Virus record (IMG/VR): IMGVR_UViG_3300012956_000022
Coordinates: 4,201 to 68,200 of that record
Direction: 5' to 3' (one strand)
DNA length: 64,000 bases
Origin: a virus
Part shown: positions 28,281 through 39,300 of the stretch, piece after piece
Layout of the letters: every line of letters begins with the position of its first letter
How positions within the stretch are numbered: the first letter of the stretch is position 1
The notes under the pieces: generated by a model
The model's database searches: none
The model's input: the letters and a program-made list of their open reading frames with translations, nothing else
Told to the model about the DNA's origin: nothing
Position numbers and translations under genes: made by a program

Positions 28281-31200
28281 TATATGCAGTCTATAATCTC
28301 TTCAAGTAAAGATACTTCTTTTTTTATTTGATTCTGTATATCAAGCATTGTCTCATCCCTTTGCACCTTTCCCAGATTTGACCTTAAAGTGATCTTCTCT
28401 CCGGTCTTCAAATCAGCAAGGATATTTTCCTCTTCTACAAACTCCATTTCCAAACCTTCTCTTACAGCCTTCTTATTTTCAAGGTAGGTCTCTGTCACCA
28501 CATCTTCCGATTTCTGTTTCTTATCCTGTAGCTCTTTTTCCTTTTTTACCAACTCCTCCTCAACAGAGTTGAGTTCTGTCTCTACAACTTTCTTCTTATT
28601 TTTTACTGAAGGTGATTTTTTTACTGTACTTTTTCCCAAAGAGTTTATTTTTGTATCGTACTCTTTTTCTATTTTTAATATTTTAACAACAAGCGGGTTA
28701 CTTAGTATTTCTTTTTGCGGAGATTCTACACTATTAAGATTAATAATTGAAGAGAAAAAGGAAAAAGAAACAGACTCTTTAGTTTTTCCATACTCAATAT
28801 CAAAATATACATTACCCATCTCCTCTGTTGAATAAGAAAAGCTCCCAGCATCATCGGAAGAACTCCACTCATTTTTCCCAGTCTTAGTGAAAATATATTC
28901 CCCAATTTGTATCTTGTCTCCTATCTTACCGGTATTGTAGATTTTATCAAGTGCTTTTCTATCTTCTTCATTAATTTCTTGCTCATACAAATCAGTTAAT
29001 TTTTCCCTTTTTTCTTTTTCTAATTTTATCCTCTGGGCCTCTATATTAGTAACATCAGAGCTCACACTATCTTTTGGCAGTTTTTCTTCCACCACTTCAT
29101 TCACCTCAGCAGATACTTCCAATATTTTAGAGGTTGTCTTCTTTACTTCAGATGGTGAAGCACTCCGTTGTACAGGTTTACTAACTGCCCCTTTATTGTC
29201 AAGTAATTCTTCTACTGCTTTTACAAGTTCAGGGTTACTGCCGTCTGCTTTCGCTTTGTGGTAGGCTTCGGAAATTGATTTATTAACTCCGCCATCTTCT
29301 CCAACATTTAATGGATAATCATTTGGAATGAGTTTATATATTTTTTCAAAATCAGTTTTGTCCACATCCTCCAATGCTTTAGCCGTACTCTCCACATCTT
29401 TCAGGGCAGGATTTTTTACTTCTTTTTCCTGAACTTGAGCTGCAGTTTCTACTGTAGTTTCTTTTTGAACAGGCATCTCTTCTTCTGCTACTGCGTTCTC
29501 TCTTTCCTGTTTTGTAAAAAGCTTTGTGGCAGCTTCAGGATCATCTGTAATATCCTCCTCTGTTTCTGTAAAGCTTATTACAGCTTTTTTCTCATCTATG
29601 CCTTTCTTAAGGTTTTCTTTTTCCTTATTTATGGAAAGTTGTTCCCGTTTTATTTTTATCCTTTTCTCCAGTTCCGGAGTCATAGTTTTACTTGCTCTAA
29701 GGGTACCTGAGATGGCATTCAGTTCATCGGCATCCTGTGCCATATTTATACGATGCAGTTCTTTTTCAGAGGTTTTTAGTTTTTGAAATTCAGGATCTGT
29801 CCAGGTAGCAAGCTCTTTTCTTGTCTTCTCCATCTGATTGTGCCCCTGCATTTCAGCCATTTTAAGCTTGAGCAGCTTATTATTTTTTGGTATTGCGTTC
29901 AGGATATCTGTATCTCTGACCGCAGTTTCCTTGTCCGGTACTTCCTCTTCCTGCAGTCTTAATATTTCAGACGTATATTTTTCAAAAAGAGTTTTATCTC
30001 CTATGTTTGCAGCTGCCTGCTGTGAGAGGGTAGCTTCATAGATAGACCTGCCTACCGGAGAAAGATTTGAATAGTCAGGTATCTCCGTTCTTGCAACAGC
30101 CATCTCTGCAGGAAGCTTGCTCATCATCTCACCAAGATTCTGAAGAATGTACTGCCTTTTGGTAATAGGAACTACAGCCTCCCTTGAATGTATTTCGGCA
30201 TTTTCATTGTACAGGGACTTCATTCTTTCTGCATCCTTAATGAACACAGGAAAATTCTGTTTGATGAAATCGACATCTACATCGGCACCAAGCTCTGCCT
30301 TTATCTGTTCAACATTCCCTGTTTTTGCAGCTTCCAGTGCTTTATTTAGGAATGTCATATAACTTGAGTAGGCTGTGTCTGTTCCTTTTAAAGCATCAAG
30401 GTGTATGCTCTGCAAGGCCTTATCTTCTCCAAGCACACGCTTCATGGCAGTAGCCTTAACCAAATCCCCCTCTCCTTCAAGCTCCTTAATCTTTTTGGCC
30501 ATCTCCATGCCATATCCATTCATGCCACTTACAAAGCTTTTTTGAGCTGCTGTTATTTTTTTACTCTCTGTTCCCTCCATCACTTTCTGAAAAAGCTTCT
30601 GTGTATTACCAAGAAGAGCCCCTCCAAGCATACCTCCGGCAAAAGAGTTCCAAAGCTCTGCATCATGCTGATACTTCATAAACCTATCAGTAAGTGTGGT
30701 ATTATCTTTAACATGCCCTGAAAGAACATCGGCACTGTGCTTTCCTTCTTCAGAAACTATGTACTGGTAATATTCTTCAAGACCTTCTGAAAGTGACTCT
30801 GCACCCTGTTGTGCAATAACTCTTCCTGCAGCATTAGGAATTTTTCCAAGAAGATTTTCAATAGCCCCCTCTCCTGCTCCTGTCATAGGGTTAATAAGCA
30901 TCAATCTTGCCTGAAGCATGTCCATAGCAACCTTAGGAATATTCCCTCTTGCAGTCTCAGATGCAGCCACAGAGGCAAGCTGAGTAATTTCATCTTCCGT
31001 GTAGTTCACACCCGTATCAGGATTTATCTTACCTGTATACTTGTTTTTTACTTCATTATAACTATCCAGACCTTCAAGATGCATTTCATTGATACCCCTT
31101 ATGGCTGCTGAAAGCATAATGGTGTTTTTTATTTTTGCACTGTTGCTTGCAACAGAGAGTAATTCACTAAGTGTACCAATTCCCCTGATCGTTTTTGCAA

Positions 31201-31876
31201 GATTACCTATAGCAGGAACTATACCCAATCCTTCCGTTGCCACAGTCTGTAAAGCAGCTCCTGCAATAGCCTGAAGCATTATACCCATAGAGTATCCCTG
31301 CTGTCCAACCTGGTTTGCCCACCAGGAAAACTGAGAAGGACTAAAACTTCCCGGATCAAGTTCATAAATAGGATTATCCTTCACACTTTGCTGCATGTAC
31401 TCTTTTCCCCAGTCTGTTAAAAAGTTACCGTATTCCTTTACAGAGCCTTTCAACATATCTGTAGTACTCAGTATATCTACAGATGCACCTGTTGCAGAAA
31501 CAAATCCTCCTACTGTACCTTTAAAAAATCTTTCTATCATTGCCCCTGCCTGTTCAGTTTTAGACTGATTTAAGACAAGGTCTTTCTGATAGTTGTCTTT
31601 AAACTCACTTAAGGATACTCCCATTCTTGCCCTTTCTTCATAATCAGGGACTGCTACCGGAGATGATGTAGGATTTACCACCTTATCACGGGATACAGGT
31701 CTGGTAATTATGTTTTTTAATCCTTTGCTTATTTCAGAAGAAGCATCAAAAGAACCCTCTGTATTTTTAGAAGACAGTCTCCCCTCAATAGGTTTGTTAA
31801 AGGCAGATTTAAGTGCCTTTGTAATGGCTATTTGTTCACCATCCTGATCTACAATGTTATTGTTTATTACAGACAA
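28280..31876 (-). CDS. Large virion cargo/ejection protein
   Basis: 1198 aa. Gly/Ala-rich hydrophobic N-terminal half with SEGLEEYYQ; charged, mosaic C-terminal part. Confidence 0.8.
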   Translation of the reverse strand: MSVINNNIVDQDGEQIAITKALKSAFNKPIEGRLSSKNTEGSFDASSEISKGLKNIITRPVSRDKVVNPTSSPVAVPDYEERARMGVSLSEFKDNYQKDLVLNQSKTEQAGAMIERFFKGTVGGFVSATGASVDILSTTDMLKGSVKEYGNFLTDWGKEYMQQSVKDNPIYELDPGSFSPSQFSWWANQVGQQGYSMGIMLQAIAGAALQTVATEGLGIVPAIGNLAKTIRGIGTLSELLSVASNSAKIKNTIMLSAAIRGINEMHLEGLDSYNEVKNKYTGKINPDTGVNYTEDEITQLASVAASETARGNIPKVAMDMLQARLMLINPMTGAGEGAIENLLGKIPNAAGRVIAQQGAESLSEGLEEYYQYIVSEEGKHSADVLSGHVKDNTTLTDRFMKYQHDAELWNSFAGGMLGGALLGNTQKLFQKVMEGTESKKITAAQKSFVSGMNGYGMEMAKKIKELEGEGDLVKATAMKRVLGEDKALQSIHLDALKGTDTAYSSYMTFLNKALEAAKTGNVEQIKAELGADVDVDFIKQNFPVFIKDAERMKSLYNENAEIHSREAVVPITKRQYILQNLGEMMSKLPAEMAVARTEIPDYSNLSPVGRSIYEATLSQQAAANIGDKTLFEKYTSEILRLQEEEVPDKETAVRDTDILNAIPKNNKLLKLKMAEMQGHNQMEKTRKELATWTDPEFQKLKTSEKELHRINMAQDADELNAISGTLRASKTMTPELEKRIKIKREQLSINKEKENLKKGIDEKKAVISFTETEEDITDDPEAATKLFTKQERENAVAEEEMPVQKETTVETAAQVQEKEVKNPALKDVESTAKALEDVDKTDFEKIYKLIPNDYPLNVGEDGGVNKSISEAYHKAKADGSNPELVKAVEELLDNKGAVSKPVQRSASPSEVKKTTSKILEVSAEVNEVVEEKLPKDSVSSDVTNIEAQRIKLEKEKREKLTDLYEQEINEEDRKALDKIYNTGKIGDKIQIGEYIFTKTGKNEWSSSDDAGSFSYSTEEMGNVYFDIEYGKTKESVSFSFFSSIINLNSVESPQKEILSNPLVVKILKIEKEYDTKINSLGKSTVKKSPSVKNKKKVVETELNSVEEELVKKEKELQDKKQKSEDVVTETYLENKKAVREGLEMEFVEEENILADLKTGEKITLRSNLGKVQRDETMLDIQNQIKKEVSLLEEIIDCI

Positions 31877-31877
31877 T

Positions 31878-34265
31878 TTATTTACCTTTTTTGTAACTGT
31901 TTTTCTTGTGTAATTCTTTTGCCCTCACATCACTCAATACTGTTGCAACCTCAGTGAGTGCAGTTGCAAGTGTTGTCTGGTCTTCTATAGAAAAACTTCC
32001 ATCTGAGTATTCCTGTGCATACTCTTCCAGATTATGTACAACACCTTTATAATCCTTAACCTTTATTTCATTTTTATAATCTCCGTCTTTATCCTGCACA
32101 AGAGACACAATAGCGTAGCCGACATCTCCGAGTTTTACAGAATAAGGCTGCATTAAAGAAACAGGATCAAGCTGGCCCGTTTTGTAGTCATACTGATATG
32201 GCCTTTTTGAAAGTTGATTTATAATATCTGCAGCAAAACCATCTTCAGCAACACTGAAGTATTTATTTACAGCCGCTGTAGGTATATTATTTCTTTGTGC
32301 AGAGCTTTTTATCGCCTCTTTTACATTACTTATATTTTTATAATTGAAGGTTATGACGTTATCACGATAAGGGTTACCATAAGCATCTTTCAAAGATACC
32401 TTATCATTTTTCATTTTCTCAAAATCTATTGTATAGACAAGTCCTGTAACAGGCTGGCCATTTTCGTTCTCATTGGTTATTGTACTCAACGTAAGATATT
32501 TTGAAATCTGATTCACTGTACCAAGGGCTTTTCCATTCATCTGCAGTTTTATAGGTGAACCTTTTTCACTGTAGGCATTGAATCCTGTCTGAACAGACAA
32601 CGCATTAGCCACATCTCTTTGTACATTCCCGGTCCTGTCTTTAGGATCAGGATTAACATACACACCTTTCTTATAACTTATGTTGTTGTCAGTGAAGATT
32701 TTTGCAGTTTCTTTCTTCTTGTCAGCATACTTATTAGCAACAGCAAAAGCATCCTTTTTAGTTTTCTCCACTCCAAAAAACAAAGCATCTTTTGCAGCTT
32801 TTATTTGCTCCATAGCACTTGCATAGCTTCTGTAATCTACAGTTCCATTACCTCCTTTGTAAGCATCTTTCCATTGTTTTTCTCTTGCCTCTATTGTGGC
32901 CATCTTTTCTTGATAGAGTTTGTTGGTTTCAGAATCTGCTTTTAAGTACTCGTCAACAGCAACATCGTCAGGATCTTCTCTTCCAGATTCATGGATAAGC
33001 ATCAGTGCAGGAAGCATTTTTTTATAGGTCTTCTCATCTATGTTGAGCTCCTTCATTGTCTGTTCCTGAATATGAAGCACATTTCTTTGTGCATTCTGAT
33101 ATCTCACTGTCGCGTCAGCTGTCCTGTCAGAAGGTGCTAATTTCTCATACTCACTTATTATATCATACATCCCTTTCAATGCATGTTTATCAGGGAACAT
33201 CTTCTGAGGTGTCTCTGTGATTACCAACGGTTTCAGAGGATTATCAATCATATCTTTCTCATGAAGTTCCTTCATTCTGTTAGCAGACTGCCTGTCATCC
33301 AGCATAAACGGATCAGCTCCTTTGTACTCCTGAAAATTCTCCTCTTTGGTTTTGCTGAAGGCCTCCCGCATTACAGCAGCTTCCAGTGGTTTGGCGAGAT
33401 AGGACTCCGGATTAAATACAAGCCTGCCCTGGGCATCTCTACCTTTTATAGGGTTTATCAGTGTTCCGTCACTGTTGTACACACCTTTCAAATAACCCAT
33501 ATCATTGCCTTGTTTAAAGTAACCGGTATATCTCGGATCTGCCATAAGGAAATTCAGGCCGGCATTATAGACTTCATCTTCTGATCTAAACTCGTTCCCT
33601 TTTTTATAGCCAGACTCTGTAATGTACTTTCCACCAACATTGACTTGTCTGAAACCTCTCTCCCAACCATTTGACTGAAAATCTTTCATCCATTTTTGCA
33701 AATCTCCATTGATGTCAGGTGCCGTTGCAAGGTCTTCAGTATAGATACTGTTACCTGACCGGGTATTAGGGTTGTAATTGGTGCCTCCCTGTTCATCAAA
33801 CCTGGAGAGAAATTTGGCTTTTGCCTTCTGATACTGTTCGACAGTGATACCTCCCTTGTCAACAGGCTGGTTAAGTCTCGTTTTTTGAGCCTCATCCCAC
33901 TTCTGAAAAGTGTTGTAGTTACTTTGTATGCTTGCAATCTCTCCCCTGTTAAAATCATTGTCCAATGTTCTGCCAAGGTCTTTTATATAAGGCATCTGCT
34001 TTCTCCATTCCAGAGGATTATTCTGAAGTGTCTTTGTAATCTCATCCGTCTTGGACTGATACTCATCAATGTATTTTTGCACCCTGTCCTTATCCTTCTC
34101 AAGATACTTTATCTGAAGCAGCTTATCTTTCAGAAGAGCAGCCTGCTGATACTGTGAGTCTATTGCTGCATCATTTAGTTGGACAGCTTTAAGCATCAGC
34201 TCTTTTGGCTGTTCATATAAAAAGTCTATAGACTCCGGTGCAGATGTTTTATAGAATCTTCCCAT
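31878..34265 (-). CDS. Virion cargo protein
   Basis: 795 aa with N-terminal MGRFYK and a coiled coil; position typical of crAss-like cargo genes. Confidence 0.75.
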   Translation of the reverse strand: MGRFYKTSAPESIDFLYEQPKELMLKAVQLNDAAIDSQYQQAALLKDKLLQIKYLEKDKDRVQKYIDEYQSKTDEITKTLQNNPLEWRKQMPYIKDLGRTLDNDFNRGEIASIQSNYNTFQKWDEAQKTRLNQPVDKGGITVEQYQKAKAKFLSRFDEQGGTNYNPNTRSGNSIYTEDLATAPDINGDLQKWMKDFQSNGWERGFRQVNVGGKYITESGYKKGNEFRSEDEVYNAGLNFLMADPRYTGYFKQGNDMGYLKGVYNSDGTLINPIKGRDAQGRLVFNPESYLAKPLEAAVMREAFSKTKEENFQEYKGADPFMLDDRQSANRMKELHEKDMIDNPLKPLVITETPQKMFPDKHALKGMYDIISEYEKLAPSDRTADATVRYQNAQRNVLHIQEQTMKELNIDEKTYKKMLPALMLIHESGREDPDDVAVDEYLKADSETNKLYQEKMATIEAREKQWKDAYKGGNGTVDYRSYASAMEQIKAAKDALFFGVEKTKKDAFAVANKYADKKKETAKIFTDNNISYKKGVYVNPDPKDRTGNVQRDVANALSVQTGFNAYSEKGSPIKLQMNGKALGTVNQISKYLTLSTITNENENGQPVTGLVYTIDFEKMKNDKVSLKDAYGNPYRDNVITFNYKNISNVKEAIKSSAQRNNIPTAAVNKYFSVAEDGFAADIINQLSKRPYQYDYKTGQLDPVSLMQPYSVKLGDVGYAIVSLVQDKDGDYKNEIKVKDYKGVVHNLEEYAQEYSDGSFSIEDQTTLATALTEVATVLSDVRAKELHKKNSYKKGK

Positions 34266-34282
34266 TTGTGAGGTGGCTTGTT

Positions 34283-34546
34283 TTAAGGTGCTGCAACGTA
34301 TACCGTTACTTCAGCATTGTTATTCAATCGAAATCTGATGTAATTTCCTGCAGGTGCATCATCAGGTTGCTTAAAAACAGTGCTGTCATCTGTAATGACA
34401 TCTAATACCGCAGGAACCTTATCAGCAATAAAAGTAGCAAAATCACCCTCTGATAAAGCACAGGTACCTTTGTTGGTCTCACCAAGGCCTACTGCTGTAG
34501 GATCTAATAGAAGAGCTTCTACTTGCTCAAGTGTTATAGCTGGCAT
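34283..34546 (-). CDS. Small hypothetical protein
   Basis: 87-aa ORF filling the gap between cargo genes. Confidence 0.65.
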   Translation of the reverse strand: MPAITLEQVEALLLDPTAVGLGETNKGTCALSEGDFATFIADKVPAVLDVITDDSTVFKQPDDAPAGNYIRFRLNNNAEVTVYVAAP

Positions 34547-34552
34547 ATTTAG

Positions 34553-36310
34553 TTATTTTAAGATTTTTTTGAATGTTCTTTTTCCTTTTCCATCATATGA
34601 AAAACCAATTCCATGTGTGCTAAGATAAGGCAATATGCTGAGAAAGTCCTCATCCATCTTGTGTTTGTTCATATTTTTACCGGTATTCTGCAACTGGTTT
34701 GCCATATTGGTTTGGTCAGAGTTTAACTGCGTATAGAAATTATCTCTGTCCCCCTTGTCTTCAAGGGCTTTCTTTTCAGCACCCTGCATAACCATTTGGT
34801 CCTGAATGTTCTCTGCCTGAGAAAGTTTGTTACCATAGGTCAACAAAACATCAGAATAGCTGTCTGCAGCTTTCCTTTTTGCACCCAGTGCCGCCATCCA
34901 GGAAGCTATGTCCAGTGCTCTTCTTGTAGATAAGCCTCTTGTGCTGTTGTTGTTTGCTCTTCTAATACCTTCCAGGGAAAGGTCAATATCCTGTTCAGAA
35001 GAATCTTTAAGGGACTTAAGCAATCCTTTATTGGTCTTGAGCTCTTTTATGGCATCAGTCCCAAAGTCCTTATAATGGTTTAAATTTTCTTCATCTCCCA
35101 TCCTGTTGGCAAAAGTGGTCATCATCGGGCCCAGTGCACCTTGTCCTATTCCGGCAAATCCGAACTTATCTCCCGTGGTATAAGGAGCTGTGATATCCTC
35201 TACCACACCGGAGCTCCTGTCCCTTTGTGATCTTCTTGTTGCAGTACCTCTTGTCTCATCATCAAAAACTGCATTAACAAGACTTTGATTTTGCACATCG
35301 CTGGCAGTATTATCTGAAGCAGTATTGCCGGCTGAAGATAAATCAAATGCAGGTGGTAAAGAAGCAAAAGGTGCCAAAGGAATAATGTCTGTGGCAGCGG
35401 TAACAGGTGCCTGGGTTGTCTGGTCTGTCTGGGTTTCTCCATTGAGTATCTTTTCCCTGTCAACAAGCCACTGATTTCCTTTGTCTATTTCTGCAGTCTG
35501 ACCAGATATGATTCTGTTTGCCAACTGTTGTAAAACATCGTAGGCAGCCTTTGTGGAGGCAACAGAATCTTCCGAAGTATCAGTAGTAAAGTATTTGTTA
35601 AAACGTGATAAGCTGGCAGTACCGGTTCTCATTTTTTGAGTCGGCTCTTCACCTCCCTCCTGTAAAAGAGTATTCTGACTGGCCTCCTGTGAGGCTTCCT
35701 TTGCTGCCTGCTGTATGATCAGGTCATGCTTCTCTTCTGTGGCAAGTGCTTCCAGTGTCCTTTTTACGGTATTCATCACAGTAGAATCCCCCTGCTTGCT
35801 ATTAAGCAGCTTTACCATCTTTTCTTTTCTCCTTTCTCTTGCCTTTTTTCTATCCGCCATCGTTTTTCCATCCACAGACAAGGCTGCAGAGTATATTTTT
35901 GTTCTCTCGGGAAGATTTGCATCTATCCCTCCATTAGGCCCCTCATGAGATTCTCCCTGAAATTCTATATTGTCTCCCTGAGGAGTCTGTGCAACCTCCC
36001 CACCTTCCACTTTCACAGGAACACCACCGACTACACCTCCTGTTCTCATTACCCTGTTTGTATTTAATCTTACAGGACGGTACTCTTCTCCCCTGGAATT
36101 AAGAGTATCCATAAGTCCACCCATTGCATTTGCAAATCCTGATGCAAGAGCTCCTGTGGCCATGTTTCCTATGGATGACATTGCGGATGCACCTCCCTCC
36201 TCTTCATTGTCTGTATTTCCACCAGAAACACCCATAAGCTTGATAAGCAGGTCACTGTTAAGAACTCCTCCTCCGCTTGTGCCTAATCCATATTTTTTTC
36301 TCTTTGCCAT
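34553..36310 (-). CDS. Virion cargo protein (VEGGE...GxSHE motif)
   Basis: 585 aa. Motif VEGGEV...GESHEGPNGG recalled from crAss-like proteins that follow the tail stabilisation gene. Confidence 0.75.
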   Translation of the reverse strand: MAKRKKYGLGTSGGGVLNSDLLIKLMGVSGGNTDNEEEGGASAMSSIGNMATGALASGFANAMGGLMDTLNSRGEEYRPVRLNTNRVMRTGGVVGGVPVKVEGGEVAQTPQGDNIEFQGESHEGPNGGIDANLPERTKIYSAALSVDGKTMADRKKARERRKEKMVKLLNSKQGDSTVMNTVKRTLEALATEEKHDLIIQQAAKEASQEASQNTLLQEGGEEPTQKMRTGTASLSRFNKYFTTDTSEDSVASTKAAYDVLQQLANRIISGQTAEIDKGNQWLVDREKILNGETQTDQTTQAPVTAATDIIPLAPFASLPPAFDLSSAGNTASDNTASDVQNQSLVNAVFDDETRGTATRRSQRDRSSGVVEDITAPYTTGDKFGFAGIGQGALGPMMTTFANRMGDEENLNHYKDFGTDAIKELKTNKGLLKSLKDSSEQDIDLSLEGIRRANNNSTRGLSTRRALDIASWMAALGAKRKAADSYSDVLLTYGNKLSQAENIQDQMVMQGAEKKALEDKGDRDNFYTQLNSDQTNMANQLQNTGKNMNKHKMDEDFLSILPYLSTHGIGFSYDGKGKRTFKKILK

Positions 36311-36328
36311 AGTGTGCCTTTTTAAATT

Positions 36329-39300
36329 TTACCTGTAGGAAAGTGTGGATATGTCTATGTTGTAATTCATAAGCAACTGTACATCCTGCAAGTTATCAAA
36401 AATAAATCTAACTATCAAGAATTTATCACGCATGTTTTCAAGCTGAGTCCAATCCTTGTTGAAGTCTATAAAATCTGTATCTATCACCTTATCTATAGGA
36501 TAGACACTCTTCAGTGACTCCCAACTCTCTGTAAAAATTGGTTTCAAATAGTCTGTCCTGTAGTCCCTTATGTCATTGATGCACCAATCTCTCTCCGTTC
36601 TGTTGACAATGATTTCTCCCGGTCTGGAAATAATCTGGTTTGCCAGATACCCGGCATTCTGTTCAGTGCTTTTTACAGTCAGCTTCAGCTCTCCTGTGGA
36701 TTGCCGGCTATTGTACATGATAACCTTATCAAAGAAGATATCCCTTATGTCCCTGTAGCTTTCATGAGAAATGTCATATTTTCTTGCAACAAGCTGCAGT
36801 ATAATAAAATCCCATATCTGTGTTTCCAAAGAGTTTCCATTCAGTACATACTCCAGTATATAAGGATACCTTATTCCGTAGTAACTTCCATAAGAGCCTT
36901 TTACATTGTGTTTCCAGATACGTTCATCGGAACATACACTGTACATAAAATCAGGTGATGATATGTAGCTGTCAGGAATGAAGCTGTGCCAGGAGGAAAG
37001 ATAATATCTGTTGTTCTCTCCCGAAAAACTAACTGTCCAGCTTTTATTCTGAAAATAGTCCTTATTAGTGAAAGGCACATCTGAAAGTACATTTCCCTGA
37101 GAAAGTGTCTGAAATTTCTTTTCCTCACTGTTCCAGGTGATTTTCCCTGCTGCAGGTGTCTGTGAATATTTGCCTTCCAAGATTAGGTAGTCTTTCTTGG
37201 TGATAAACAGTTTCTTATAGGTATGGTCATATCCGCAGCAGAAACCGGTGCCGGCTATGTTTGCCGGATTGTCTGAAAAAGGATAGGCAGTTCCTGTAAG
37301 CTCGGCAAACTGAGAGTCAAAAAATACTTTCATGTTATTTCTGAACCAGGTGGTATTACCGGTATCAGTTATTCTCATGGGCCCGTTTTCACTAAGCAGA
37401 TAGACAGCCCTGTCAAGCTCGCTGACTATACACACCCCTGCAGGAGTCTTCAGTGTACCTTGTTTGTGCTTTGTACCAAGTCCCCCGGTTTCCGTATCTA
37501 TTATCTTTTTCGGAGGTATACTGAAGAATTCCCCTGTACCTATGTAAGACACTATCTCATTGGAAACCCTTTCCTGGTAATTTGCAGGAAGCTCCCAGAG
37601 TGCTTCTGTGGTAATCAGGTATAACCGGCTGTTAAAGGTAAAGGTATCCGTTATCCTGCCCAGTTCACCCTCTATATCCCGATAATTGTTCGGAAGGAAT
37701 ATTCTGTAGTTATCTGTCAGCTCCTCCTGAAAAGACTGTTCTGAGTAGGCAGACCTTGAAGGATGATCTTCCAGACAGTCTGAACAGCAATCATAACTGA
37801 TAGGAATGGGAAAGAAGACAGACTCCCTGTTTTGTCTTGAGTAGTCCTTGTTGTAGTGATAATTTTCAGGACATGGAACACCTCTTCTTTTTCTCGCATC
37901 ACTCCCCTCTTTAAACTTATATGTCCACTTGTCTATATAATAGGACATGATATTGGACTGGTTTCTGAAAAAGTCCCCACAGTCCTGAAAAAAACGCTGT
38001 CTGAGTCCTGTATTGATAGAGCTTTCTACATAGATTCCCTTAAGAAACTCATTTGCAAAGAAAACATGCCCATTCCATATATTCACCCTACCATGTCCGT
38101 CATCTATCTCATCATCATCTGCCATCTCATCCAGATTACTGTTATCGTAAGCACTGACTATTGCATTGACTGCTGCCGCTGCTATACCTGCCGCAGCAAG
38201 AGCTATACCTATAAAACCAACTGGTGCAAACACAGATGCCACAGCAAGAACTACCATACCTATTATGGACCATATAAGCACACCAATACCTTTCTTTGAC
38301 TTTCTCCACAGACCATTTGAAAGGTTAAGCGGGGTGATAAAGGTATCCCCGCCAAAAACAAGCTGGGAACTGTTCAGTGTAAGCATGGAGTTATGTGTCC
38401 TGTAGTAAACAATGGCACTGAGAACAGGATGAACCTCTCTCTCAATTTTCATGGAACAGTAAAAGATATCCTCTCCGCTATAAGGAAGGTCATTTTCAAC
38501 GGTAGCTATCTGGACCTTATTGTCCCAGGAAAGATTGTAAGTCTCCGCACCAGGATTTATAAAAGTATCTTTTGCAACTCCATCCAATACAACCGTATCT
38601 TTTATCTTGTAATTGTGTCCGGGTAGTGTGGCCACCCCGTTGAAAGTATACTGTCTTGCTTCTATGACCACATCTGTCTCTTTACCTGTGATGGCCAAAT
38701 AATCTGGATCATCTACAATATCTGCCAGGACCGTTGTCTGGGCATGCAGGAACTTACACTCTGATTTTATATAATCCGGCTTTGAGGAGTTTCCCATATA
38801 AAGAAACTCAGGATTGAAAAAATAGCAAGACCTTGGATCATTATTGTTTCTTGTAAAATAAGAGAAAGTATGATATTCCACATCACCGGGAGTACCTGTT
38901 CTCAGTCTTCCAAAGATTCCCTTATCAAGTACTGTCCTGTTGAAAGTATCCCTGTCAGCCCTTACAAAGTAGTGTCCCACTATATCAGGATGGGGATATT
39001 CTATATTTCCAAATTCCACACCAAATACCCTTAGTATGGTACCGTCTGTAATGTTCTGGCTGGCCTCTTTTATGTCTACCCTGTAGTCAAATATGGCTGA
39101 ATAATCATCTACAACAGTTCCGGAATACGCATCTGCAGCTATATCCAGGTCTCTTATATCTCCTGAAAAAGTATAAATGTTGCTGTTGTACACAGGGATA
39201 TCAGTATTTGTGTCCAGTGTAACTGTAATAGACTGTGGTGTACCTACAGGATTTTCAAAGTCAACAATGAAAGTCACCGTACCTGCAGGAGCAGTCTCTC

